Assembly: GCF_006345805.1 (NCBI RefSeq)
Contig: NW_021832655.1
Location: 1 to 43,111, forward strand
Reading direction: 5' to 3'
From: Octopus sinensis
Lineage: Eukaryota
DNA: 43,111 bases
Shown here in pieces: positions 1-10,061 of the stretch (within the stretch, counting starts at the first letter, position 1; each line of letters starts with the position of its first letter). A program made the translations under genes and the position numbers. The notes beneath the pieces are model-generated. The model made no database searches, had not been told where the DNA came from, and saw only the letters and a program-made list of their open reading frames with translations.

Positions 1-134
1 TTATCCTTAACCTGAAACTAAGTTCAAATGATTGCAACTCAGTGGATTAAGCTAATGGCGCCCAAAAACCACGTGACAGTGGAATTAAACTCGGCGATGG
101 ATTGCATCTACCGCCCAAAACAAGTGTAGGTTTG

Positions 135-531
135 GAGCTGGCAGAAACGTTAGCACGCTGGGCGAAATGTTTAGCGGTATTGTTCTGAGTTCAAATTCCG
201 CCGAGGTCGACTTTGCCTTTTATCCTTTCGGGGTCGATTAAATAAGTACCAGTTACGCACTGGGGTCGATTTAATCGACTTAATCCGTTTATCTGTCCTT
301 GTTTGTCCTCTCTGTGTTTAGCCCCTTGTGGATAGTAAAGAAATAGGTATTTCGTCTGCCTCTACGTTCTGAGTTCAAATTCCGCCGAGGTCGACTTTGC
401 CTTTCATCCTTTCGGGGTCAATTAAATAAGGACCAGTTACGCACTGGGGTCGATTTAATCGACTTAATCCGTTTGTCTGTCCTTGTTTGTCCTCTCTGTG
501 TTTAGCCCCTTGTGGGTAGTAAAGAAATAGG
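135..531 (+). mobile_element. tRNA-derived SINE family A, one head plus two tandem ~184-bp body units
   Basis: Head GAGCTGGCAGAAACGTTAGC, B-box GAGTTCAAATTCC in each unit, body GACTTTGCCTTTCATCCTTTCGGGGTCGAT; 8-bp direct repeat TAGGTTTG at 127-134 and 528-535. Confidence 0.9.
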
Positions 532-566
532 TTTGTGTGGCGTTCATTCTGCTAAGCTTTAACTAA

Positions 567-869
567 TGAAGGCGCGTGCCTATATGGTTAGGATATTCGG
601 CTCAAGACCGTAAGGGCGTGAGTTCGATTCTCGGCAGCGCGTTGAGTACTTGAGCAAGTCACTTTATTTCACGTTGCTCCAGCTCACTCAACTGGAAAAG
701 TAAGTAGTACCTATATTTCAAAGGTCGACCTTGTCACTTTCTGTGTCACGCTGAATTTCCCTGAGAACTGCGTTAAGGGTACACATGTCTGTGGAGTGCT
801 CAGCCACTCGCATGTTAATTTGACAAGCCAACTATTCCGTTCATTGGGTCAACTGGAACCCTTTACGTC
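567..869 (+). mobile_element. tRNA-derived SINE with CORE-like segment
   Basis: A-box-like TATATGGTTAGG, B-box GAGTTCGATTCTC, then TTGAGCAAGTCACTTTATTTCACGTTGCTCCAG, shared with families C and D elsewhere in the window. Confidence 0.75.
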
Positions 870-1529
870 ATAACCAATGGACTGCGATTTTCTTTTTTTT
901 TTTTTTGTTTTTCATTTTTAAGCTTTGACTGGGCTTGGGGTTATTGGCGCAGCAAAGAGGAGGGCTATAAATTCTATCAGTGAAGATAGGGTCAAGACCA
1001 TTTGATGGCTTTGGATAAAGAGAGCAGAGTAGGGATTTGCTGTAAATGAGATGCAAGCTGGGGTTTGATCAACCCCTGCTGGGTCAACTGGGTGAGGGTA
1101 TCTGATTTTGAAAGAACTGACATCCCTTGGGACCCCAGAAACATTATTGATGAGGCATTTCAGAACATCTGCGTAATGTATCTTGAAACAAAAACTGTAA
1201 GATCCTCTCATTGAGACATTTGGCGCACTTTCTCCTTCACCCTTTCTCTCTCTCACATACTCTCTCTCTCTCTCTCTCTCTCTCCCCTTCACATACACGC
1301 ATACTCTCTCACACTCATCTTTTACCAAATGAACTTTTTAAACCAAATTCTTTTCAATTCTTAATAATAAATAAATAGCAGTCCTGCCTTATATTGCGTT
1401 ACCATGATGGTCGTATATGCCGTTGCAGTGTCTTGCTGACGACACTATATGTTATTACATTAATACAATGGACTTACTTTGTTATTATTATCATTATTAT
1501 TATTATTATTATTATTAATATTTAGTCTA

Positions 1530-1623
1530 GCCCGGTGGAATTTGAACTCAGAACGTAAAGACAGACGAAATGCTATTAAGCCTTTCTCCCGGCGTGCTAA
1601 CGATTCTGTCAGCTTGCTGTCTT
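1530..1623 (-). mobile_element. SINE family A 5' fragment
   Basis: Reverse complement of head and B-box (GGAATTTGAACTCAGAACGTAAAGACAGACGAAAT). Confidence 0.75.
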
Positions 1624-1701
1624 AAAATGAACCTACATATTATGATGTTATATATAATAAACCTACGTGCTACATTGTTATAATGACCGTTATTACGTTA
1701 T

Positions 1702-1921
1702 TACGAGAGGCTGCTGAAAAGTTCCTGGCTTTGAATAAAAGAAAATACAAGAGGATCAATTAATTATGATTTTATTCAACATATTCCCTTCTCAGGTTCA
1801 CGCACTTATTGCAGTGGTCCTTCAGATTTTGTAAGCCCTATAAAAGAAATCGTAAGATTGAGCTTTCAACAGGGTCTTTTGCGATGCCCTTAAAGCCAGG
1901 AACTTCTCAGCACCCCTCGTA
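1702..1921. mobile_element. mariner-type MITE
   Basis: ~31-bp imperfect TIRs TACGAGAGGCTGCTGAAAAGTTCCTGGCTTT / AAAGCCAGGAACTTCTCAGCACCCCTCGTA with TA at both ends. Confidence 0.85.
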
Positions 1922-2190
1922 GATTTTTATTATAACCTTACATGTTATAAAGTTACATTGTTACATTGTTATAATAAACCTACATGTTATCACATTTGTT
2001 TGGTGATACCCTGATTTCTACATGATGTTTTAAAAAAAGGTTCTTCTTTTATCGTTGACGTTGAAACCGCTGAAAAGCAACTACTACGCTTCCCCTTGTC
2101 AGCAACTACTGCCCTACCAACAACAATCATACAACTATACCATGAACTCTATCACATTATCTACAAATATCATATTACGATACTATAGAC

Positions 2191-2251
2191 GCAGGAGTGA
2201 CTGTGAGGTAAGAGGGTCGCTTCCCAAACACATGGTTCCGGGTTCAGTTCC
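2191..2251 (+). mobile_element. SINE family B head fragment
   Basis: GCAGGAGTGACTGTGAGGTAAG...CACATGGTTCCGGGTTCAGT matches heads at 9347 and 32778; truncated by the mariner remnant. Confidence 0.65.
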
Positions 2252-2254
2252 TCC

Positions 2255-2928
2255 TCTTGGTTGATGGAGCATCATGAGCGCAGTAAGTAAGCCATGGATT
2301 GGAGATGTTTTCCCTCAATACTAATATGCATAAGCAGTGGTTAAGAAAGGGCCAGATTCCGGAAACTAACACCAAACATGGGCGCTTCGAAAACAAGGTG
2401 AAGCTCTGCGTCTGATGGATTATGAAGGAATAATTCACTTCGAGTTCATTCAAGACGATCGAACGATCTATTCAAATTTGTACCTCGAACAAATGAAGCG
2501 GACGTATGCCATTGTGAGGCAAAACACGCCCGACATTGGTCAACAGAAGGCGAGCGCTTCTGCAGCAAGACCTCATACCGATCGAACGACCCGAAATAAA
2601 CTCCAGGAACTGGAGGGAATCGGACTTGTGCCGCACTCAACATACAGCCCGGACCTAGCTCCTTCAGGTTATTACTTGTTCCGAGCCGTGGCTCACTTCT
2701 GCGATTGCGACACTTCGTCAACCAAGAGAAGGTAGAAGCTTCAATGAAGGAGTCCTTTTCATCAAGGGACAATAACTGGTGTCAGATTAAGAACAAAGAA
2801 CTGGTAGAATGGTGGCTTCAGATGGTGCAACACAATGGCCTCTACTTTGAATGCTAGGTTGCTTTTGTTGTAACTTGTACGGCAAACAACTTACCAAAAC
2901 ATGGCAAAACTTTTGACCTAACACAATA
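2255..2928 (+). pseudogene. mariner transposase 3' half (frameshifted) with right TIR
   Basis: DYEGIIHFE, YSPDLAPSGYYLF motif, shifted C-terminus NQEKVEASMKESFSSRDNNWCQ...WLQMVQHNGLYFEC* (stop 2855-2857), TIR-like AAAACTTTTGACCTAACACAATA ending at 2928. Confidence 0.9.
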
Positions 2929-3243
2929 CTATTCCATTGCTCTGTTAAAGCTATCATACAACGAGTTTATAATTATCAATGTCAAAGCAGTCATTATCAG
3001 AAAATGAAATGAAGGAAAAATATACGTTGAATAAAGTTGTGTTTGATTTAATGTCACTGAATAATTTGAGCAATGTTTTTTCATCATTGACGTCGTGTGT
3101 CAAGTTAGACCACCGAGAAATTATCGCCTGACAATTTTAATAAACCTCAGACTTAAATCTATCTGCTCTCACTATTTACGTATGTTCATTTCCTTCTATT
3201 TCACAAAGTCTCTTCATCACTTGCTTCATACAACTTCCTGCAG

Positions 3244-3660
3244 TATCCGATTTCTTGCAACCCACGCAACTATAACATAATAAGAGAGACTAATGTTGTG
3301 ACAGATAGGCGTAAATACATCTTTTTCCAGTCATTTCTCAATAAAGTAGAACTAACCGGATCGTCTTCATGTCTGTGGGAAATAAGTACAGACAGGAAGA
3401 AGATACGTTCTCATTTTACATGGCTGTAGATGATATTATGGTCAAATGAATATGCTACTATATTTGTTGGATGGCCGTTGACTACTCATGAATTCCCCCG
3501 TCCTTCAACGGATCTTACTTTTCATCCCTCAGGGTGTTCAACAATCTCCCTCTTCACCAAGCAAGCCTGGTGGGGTTGCCAGTTTAGTTGCCGACTACCC
3601 GACCATGCAACAACAGGTAGTACTGGATTATACGTTACCAGTAGCACTCAAGAGCAACCT
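3244..3660 (+). pseudogene. CUB-like domain exon with one in-frame TAG (3427-3429)
   Basis: After pyrimidine tract and CAG (3241-3243), one frame reads YPISCNPRNYNII...SSSCLWEISTDRKKIRSHFTWL*MILWSNEYATIFVG...SGCSTISLFTKQAWWGCQFSCR then an S/T-rich linker; fits CUB pattern C-x-W-x-I..I-x-x-x-F..EY-x-x-I-x-x-G; possible donor CAG/GTAGTA at 3617. Confidence 0.55.
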
Positions 3661-3737
3661 GACATTATAATTATTATTTTATTTATTTCTTTAAAATATT
3701 GTTTAAATATATTTGCTTATTTATTTAACTATTATCA

Positions 3738-3837
3738 TTAACCTGAGGATTGACTATAACCATAATTCGAATTATTAACTGAATTTAAATTATTGTAATT
3801 CGAATTAGGTTATGGGCATGAAACGTGCGTAGTGGTT
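3738..3837 (+). ncRNA. type I hammerhead-ribozyme-like motif with extended stem II (probable PLE end)
   Basis: CTGAGGA 3743-3749, ~24-bp stem II (3751-3775 with 3795-3818), GAAAC 3820-3824, stem III ACG/CGT, GTA triplet 3829-3831; stem I weak. Confidence 0.55.
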
Positions 3838-4068
3838 TTACTTTTTATCTTATATTAAACTTTTTAATACTTTTTGATAGTCATATATATTTAAAAAAAA
3901 TTAAATATAAATTAATAATTTTAAATTTAAATAATTTAAATTTTTTTAATTTTATATTTTATATATTTTGTATATTATATTAATTATTTTTATTTTTATG
4001 TTTTGGTTTATGTTTTTCACTGTTTGATTTGCCTCTAATTTAATTGTATATATATATATATATATATA

Positions 4069-4389
4069 AGTTCAGCAAAATTTAGATTCAGATGAGTATG
4101 GTACTTAAGTTAAAGGCACCAGAGTTTTGTATGGTTATCCATATAAATCAAATGGGGTGATTATAATCAAAATAAGCAACAAGGATATCCAAGGTCATGT
4201 AGTACAATTGTTTCATGCTACTTCATTTTATTAAGCACTGTAAGTATTACATCAGTTTTATAATGTCGAGCAATCTTCAGCCACATATAGAATTTAAAAC
4301 TGATGTAATACTTACAGTGTTTAATAAAATGAAGTAGCATGGAACAATTGTACTACATGACCTTGGATATCCTTGTTGCTTATTTTGAT
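4069..4389. mobile_element. foldback element (probable PLE-derived end) inserted in (TA)n
   Basis: 95-bp inverted arms 4166-4260 and 4295-4389 with 2 differences; 34-nt spacer holds CTGAAGATTGCTCG on the minus strand; (TA)n on both flanks. Confidence 0.6.
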
Positions 4390-4399
4390 ATATATATAT

Positions 4400-4607
4400 A
4401 CGCCAAGGAATACGACCCCGCTTTTTCTAAACAAGACACTAGTCTGTCGCTGTGTTATGCACACCAAGCTACAGTTTCATTTTTATTTTCAACCAAGTCG
4501 ACTAAAACAACATAAAAAACCAAATGCCTGAAACCCAACGACAGATCTGAGACTCAGGACTGATCAATCAGGAGTCCAACAACCGTAACCACTGTGCCAC
4601 GAGTCTT
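4400..4607 (-). mobile_element. old tRNA-like SINE remnant
   Basis: Minus strand starts AGACTCGTGGCACAGTGGTTACGG (A-box-like); body degenerate. Confidence 0.4.
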
Positions 4608-4854
4608 AATTTCCTCTCACAAAGCCATTAAATTAAAAAAAAAGAATCTTTACTTTAACTCGTTTTTCCAATGCGTTTTTATTTTCCATTTTCTGTTTTT
4701 TTTTAGTTTTTCAATTTTTATTTATTTATTTGTTAGTTTACTTGTTTATTTATTTATTTAACTATTTATTTATTTGTTCAATAAGACAAAATTTATCAGA
4801 TTATCTTTCCCCTGTCGCTTTGTACAGTTTTACTCCTGCAATACTATTACACAA

Positions 4855-4998
4855 CATGAACAACAACGACTGCTGCTACTACAACTACTACTACTTCTAC
4901 AACTACCACTGTTTCTACTATTTCTATTAATACTGCTGCATCTACTATTACTACTACAAATACTGCTCCTGATACTACTACTAATACTACTACAGTTG

Positions 4999-5058
<60 letters not shown>

Positions 5059-5180
5059 TCACTACTACTACGACAACTATTATTACTACTACTACTACTA
5101 CTACTGCTGCTGCTAATACTATCACTACTTGGATAGACTTGGAGCCAGCTTGTGCAAATGTAAAGCAAAAGTCAAACATA

Positions 5181-5236
<56 letters not shown>
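4855..5236. repeat. compound (ACT)n/(GCT)n then (AAT)n microsatellites
   Basis: Direct reading; source of the poly-L, poly-S and poly-V ORFs. Confidence 0.95.
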
Positions 5237-5238
<2 letters not shown>

Positions 5239-5255
5239 GCAAAACAAAACAAAAC

Positions 5256-5787
5256 AAGAAAGACCAAAACAATAAGGTCTGTTTATTAATTGACGTGAGC
5301 GTACCTTGTGACCATAATATCTTGGCTAAAGAATTTGATAAGCTCAGAAAATATAAAGATTTGCTAATCGATATCGAAAAGGTGTAGCATCTCAAGACGG
5401 CTCTAGGAGCACTTGGAATGGTCAAAAAGGGAACGGAGAAGTATTCAAGAATGATCCCTTGCTTACCATCCTTGCAGGAAGTGCAAAAGATTGTCTTAAC
5501 TGGTACGTCACACGTACTGAGAAGAGTATTGTCGCTGTGAATTTTTTCTTTGAATTGAATTGAACCAGTTTCAGCTCATAAGTTGTGGCCACGCTGGGGC
5601 ACCACCATTTTTGTTTACTTTTATATTTTATATTTTTTCCTTTTTCTCTATCACATGACTTTGTAAAGGAACAAGCTGGAGAGTTCATTTTAATGACCTA
5701 CCAATGTATACAGTGCATTTCTCTGTCCTAGGTGTCAGGAAGACACTCGGCAAGAAATGGAAACAACTGAAAGAAGATGATAATGAA
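5256..5787 (+). mobile_element. R4/Dong-like non-LTR retrotransposon 3' fragment (RLE domain plus 3' UTR)
   Basis: KVCLLIDVSVPCDHNILAKEFDKLRKYKDLLIDIEKV*HLKT...GALG...QKIVLTGTSHVLRRVLSL* (stop at 5540); 3' UTR CCTAGGTGTCAGGAAGACACTCGGCAAGAAATGG; (AAT)n on both sides. Confidence 0.85.
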
Positions 5788-5855
<68 letters not shown>

Positions 5856-5857
<2 letters not shown>

Positions 5858-6394
5858 GCCCTGATGCAGTACCAGGCAGTGGCTCTCATGGCTTCTGATC
5901 TTAACTGATTGGAAGTGTTATCATGTACATTGTTTTGTCTTGGTATAAAAGATGGGCTACACCAAATATTCGGCCCAGTACCACAGTTGTTTGACCTTAA
6001 TCAGTTGACCATCTCCCTTAGTGGCTGACGATATGTGCATCTCTGATCACGAGCAGAAGTAGTGGGAGAGCATCATAGCCATGTGTTGAGACGGATTCTT
6101 TGGGGTTTGGATAATTCACCTTTGGAAACATGGGTGTTTCGTTCAACATCCTTAAACAATCCTTATTCAGGGACCTTTTGAGCGGGATGGGCTACTTGAC
6201 CAGAAGAAAATTCTGAGTCCCACCTGCAAGGTCATGCGCTGTTTATCTAGATATGAGATCACCATGTCGTGCACATATGGTTGTGGTGCATGTGCCTGGT
6301 GTACCCTTATCAGACGGGTAGTCATGATGGGTATACTGGGCTTCGTATATTTTACCCCAGTGTCACTTTGATGGCATGCACTGCTCTCTCACTC
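5856..6394. mobile_element. unclassified ~540-bp non-coding repeat between (AAT)n arrays
   Basis: Sharp boundaries with (AAT)n at 5788-5855 and 6395-6445; no ORF; resembles an abundant octopus repeat (recognition only). Confidence 0.5.
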
Positions 6395-6446
<52 letters not shown>

Positions 6447-6804
6447 GTGTTTCTACTACAGTAACACGAGGGTGAAGGCAACAACAACATCAACAGTAAT
6501 ATTATAACAACAACAACTATTACAGCTTCATCAGTAACAACGACAGCAACGACAATAGCACCTGCAGCAATAACAACAACAGTAACAGCAGCAGCAGTTG
6601 ATGTTGTTGTTGCTGCTGCCGCTTCTGCTGCTGCTGTGGCAGAGGCGGCTGCTGTTGGTGAAACACTAATATCCAGTATTATTAGTTCAAAGATCAGCAA
6701 AACATGGTTTCTTGTTTAGAAAAATATTTTGAAAGAAGACACCTCCGCCATATTGCAGTGAACAGGACTTGTTTACGGTTACATGGTTTGTAGATTATCT
6801 TCTA

Positions 6805-6838
6805 ATGGTGTGGTGTGTGTGTGTGTGTGTGTGTTGTG

Positions 6839-6869
<31 letters not shown>

Positions 6870-7005
6870 TGTGTGTGTTGTGTGTGTGTGTGTGTGTGTT
6901 GTGTGTTTTGTGTGTGTATGTGTGAGAGAGAGGGAGAGAGAGAGAATGTCTATCTGTATGTGTATGTGTGTGTCTGAAGCCGTATGTGTGAGAGTGCATG
7001 TGAGA

Positions 7006-7038
<33 letters not shown>

Positions 7039-7245
7039 ACGTGAGACCGTATGTGTGCGAGTACCTGTTAGAGTGTGATGTGTGTGCATGCGTATGAATG
7101 TTTGTGTGTGTGAAAGAGAAAGAGAGAGCGTGTGTGTACATGAGACCGTATGTGTGTGTGTGCGCATATGAACGTGTGTATGTGTGTGTGTTAGAGAGAG
7201 AGAGAGAGAGAAAAAAGAGAGAGAGCAAGAGAGTGTGAGAAAGAG
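6805..7245. repeat. (TG)n/(AG)n microsatellite
   Basis: Direct reading. Confidence 0.95.
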
Positions 7246-7289
7246 ATCGGAGGGGAGTACTAAATATTCATTTTTCCGACACTAATATT

Positions 7290-7694
7290 TCTACCAGTTC
7301 ACTGGTCTAGTCTAAATGCTTTATGATTCCGAACGGATGAAACGAAATGTTGCCCTCGATGTTCTTTGAACCCAGAATGCTAGGTGCTGGAATAAATACG
7401 GTAATGCATCGTGTAGGACGCTGTAACATTTCTACCATTTCACAGCTCCAGCCTGGAAGGTTATTGAATGACCCCGAAAGGATGAAAGGAAATGCACTCG
7501 ATGCTATTTGAACTCAGAATGCAAAGACGCGGAATAAATACTGAAAGGCATTTTTTTCTAACGCTCTAACATTTCTGTTAGGTCACTGCTCAATTCTTGT
7601 AATTTATTTATCCACCCCAGAAGGATGTAAGAAAACGTTATCCACGATGCCCTTTGAACTCAGAACACCAGGCATTTTTTCTGACGCTCTTTCA
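7290..7694 (-). mobile_element. three degenerate tandem family-A-like SINE copies
   Basis: Recurrent TTTGAAC(T/C)CAGAA and GAA(A/C)GGATG(A/T)AA motifs with ~170-bp spacing. Confidence 0.6.
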
Positions 7695-8175
7695 CAGTGG
7701 TTCTCAACCATTTTTTTTTCTGTGCACCCCTGTGACTTCTATTTTACTCGGATGGACCCTCAAAGCTATTCGGTGTTTAAAAAACCCTGTTATATTTTTA
7801 TAAAATAAAAAAAAATAAATTCACCCTCTTAAAGCCTAGCCAGGCTCATGGGCCCGGTTTCCCGGTTTCAATGGCGTATGCGTTCCCCAGATGGATGGGA
7901 CGCCAGTCCATCGCAGCGTTACTCATTTTTGCCAGCTGAGTGGACTGGAGCAACGTGAAATGAAGTGTTTTGCTCAAGAACACAACGCGTCACCCGGTTC
8001 AGGAATCGAAACCACAATCTTATGATCATGATGCTGACACCATAACCACTAAGCCTAATTGTTAAAAATATTCTGTGTATTGTAGAAGTATAACCGATAT
8101 ATTGCACATGAATTTTAACAACAAACTCTTATGTGGATTCCCAAGGGCCACATGGACCCCAGTGGAGAACAACTG
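7695..8175. mobile_element. hAT-type MITE containing a nested SINE
   Basis: Left end CAGTGGTTCTCAACC, right end GGAGAACAACTG; flanking 8-mers CTCTTTCA / CTCTAAAA match only partly. Confidence 0.6.
7824..8055 (-). mobile_element. tRNA/CORE-like SINE family C
   Basis: Minus strand GGCTTAGTGG (A box), GGTTTCGATTCC (B box), TTGAGCAAAACACTTCATTTCACGTTGCTCCAG, tail GAAACCGGGAAACCGGGCCC. Confidence 0.8.
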
Positions 8176-8756
8176 CTCTAAAACATCTGCCAACTTGCCC
8201 TCTTTTCGCTAAGTTATATCTAATTCGCCGCTTCATTTACGTTCTTTTATATTCGGAGCTTGGGTGAGGATAGGTTGCTGACTTGTAATTTAATTCTTTG
8301 TATTTGTCTTTGATGGTCGAGCAAAACAAAAGTAACGGCTGAACGAAGAAACCACGACGTGTGCGTTTAGCATGAAAGAAAATTCTCACCAAATATTTTT
8401 TCAAATATTATCCAAGCGTCTCTTAAAAGTGGATAAATATATTGGATAAACAAAACTTGAACTTCATCCAACAGAAAATAAAACGAGACAGACACAGTTT
8501 CAATGCTGGATAAACGATTTTGTTTTTACTTTTATTTTTCATCATGAAGGAAGATTTTTGCCAAGACATACAAACAATGCCAGAGAACGGCTGTTGCTAC
8601 GAATGTGCTCGAGGCGGAATATGAAATATGAATTCTTTATGAAAATATTTTCAAAGTCTGGAAAATGCTCACTAGATGATCAAAGACTATCAAAAGCGAT
8701 CAAAGATTACAAAACTCCAGGAAAAGAATAGTAGATGATAATACTGGAACAATAGA

Positions 8757-9090
8757 AAACGTGTTTCGTGGTCTGCTACCACAACAGCTCCTTTATAGGA
8801 TCCAGTTAGCTCAAGACATCATCAGGAGGAACCACGTCCGGTTTCGGCCCCTACTCCTCTACCGTTTTGACGTGGCAGGGCCTCCCCTTTCGGAGGTGTC
8901 TTCAGCTCTGGTGTTGGGTGCATGTCTTCTTTCTTCTTCTTTCTTCTGTTCCCTGGCCTCTTCGATGTATCGTCAGCGAGTGTCAGCCAGTGACTGACTG
9001 ACTTGTCAAATTTTCCCCTTTAAATACCTGCTGCTAGGCTCCAGCAGGAAGCCCCAGCAAGTTGCCACGTGACACTATCTCACCTTAACT
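8757..9090 (-). mobile_element. PLE/Ngaro-like terminal-repeat remnant with two hammerhead-core-like motif pairs
   Basis: Minus strand: GTATTTAAAG TATA-like, then CTGAAGA...GGCC GAAAC and CTGATGA...CCAC GAAACACGT; GC-rich island in AT-rich DNA. Confidence 0.4.
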
Positions 9091-9346
9091 GACTAGTGAA
9101 GGCGCGTAGTCTTAGCCCGCGCATTTTCTAAACGACCGTCACCTGTCAGTCTGCGAAGCTGATTCAGTGTCAGCAAAAATCAAAACAACAGCATCTAAAA
9201 TGCGAAAAATTAAGATCAAGCAGAAAGTACTGTCTTATCTTTTTTCTCGACGTCAAAGGTTCCAAACACGCATTTAAATAAGCATATTTCAAATTTGGTC
9301 CAAAAAAACAAAAAGAAAGCTATCAAAATTCTACAATTCTACAATA

Positions 9347-9549
9347 GGCGCAGGAGTGTGGCAAGTAGCTTGCTTACCAACCACATGGTTCCGGGTTCAG
9401 TCCCACTGCGTAGCACCTTGAGCAAGTGTCTTCTACTATAGCCTCGGGCCGACCAAAGCCTTGTGAATATGGTAGACGGAAACTAAAAGAAGCCCGTCGT
9501 ATATATGTATATATGTATATGTATGTGTGTGTATATGTTTGTGCGTCTG
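9347..9549 (+). mobile_element. SINE family B 5' half
   Basis: GGCGCAGGAG head, GGTTCCGGGTTCAGTCCC, CACCTTGAGCAAGTGTCTTC CORE-like segment, internal (TA)/(TG) tract. Confidence 0.85.
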
Positions 9550-10040
9550 AATGAGGTATCAGCTGTTGCCCATGCAGTTTGATCCTCCGCCCTCTCCACG
9601 CAGCTGGTGGCTCCAAGGGAACGACGGGTCGATACAACTTGGTACCAGATGCGTCGCAGGAGTTGCCGGTGGTGACGTGTTGTTACAGGCCGCCTTAGGA
9701 ATCCAGCTCCGAATTTTTTGTCGGTCTATAACTCCCTTAGCCTTCCCCAGGAGGGGGGGTCTTGCCGCAAGGCAGCGGAGGTTTGAAATCGGAGTTTCCC
9801 TCTTCTAGTTGGGCTGCCAGTCAAGGCTACCGAGTCCCAACTACTCGAAGCAACTGGTTTTAAAGCGCCAGTGACTCGCCTTTGCCCCTTCTCCTGTCAG
9901 TGGGAACAGTTTCGCCGCGGGAAGGCCAGGAGTTGGACTTGACTGTCAGAGGTTATTTGAGACGCACGCCGTGGGAGCAGTTTGTAGGCAGTGGGAGCTT
10001 ATCCCCGCTACCACTCCCGGCTATGACAGCCTTTGAAACC
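9550..10040 (+). mobile_element. RTE-clade 5' UTR-like non-coding fragment
   Basis: GATACAACTTGGTACCAG..GCGTCGCAGGAGTTGCC and GGCAGCGGAGGTTTGAAATCGGAGTTTCCCTCTTCTAGTTGGGCTGCC resemble conserved RTE 5' regions (recognition); no ORF. Confidence 0.6.
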
Positions 10041-10061
10041 TTCAATCATTTATATATTTTA

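Noticed and set aside
918-1328. 136-aa minus-strand ORF
   Set aside because: Starts in a (GA)n tract; the rest shows no recognisable motif beyond a vague LINE-like look
5875-5925. Weak minus-strand resemblance to U2 snRNA
   Set aside because: Short, gapped and AT-rich match with no Sm site or further colinearity
6743-6755. Minus-strand AATATGGCGG (YY1/Kozak-like)
   Set aside because: The frame closes after 11 codons and there is no splice donor
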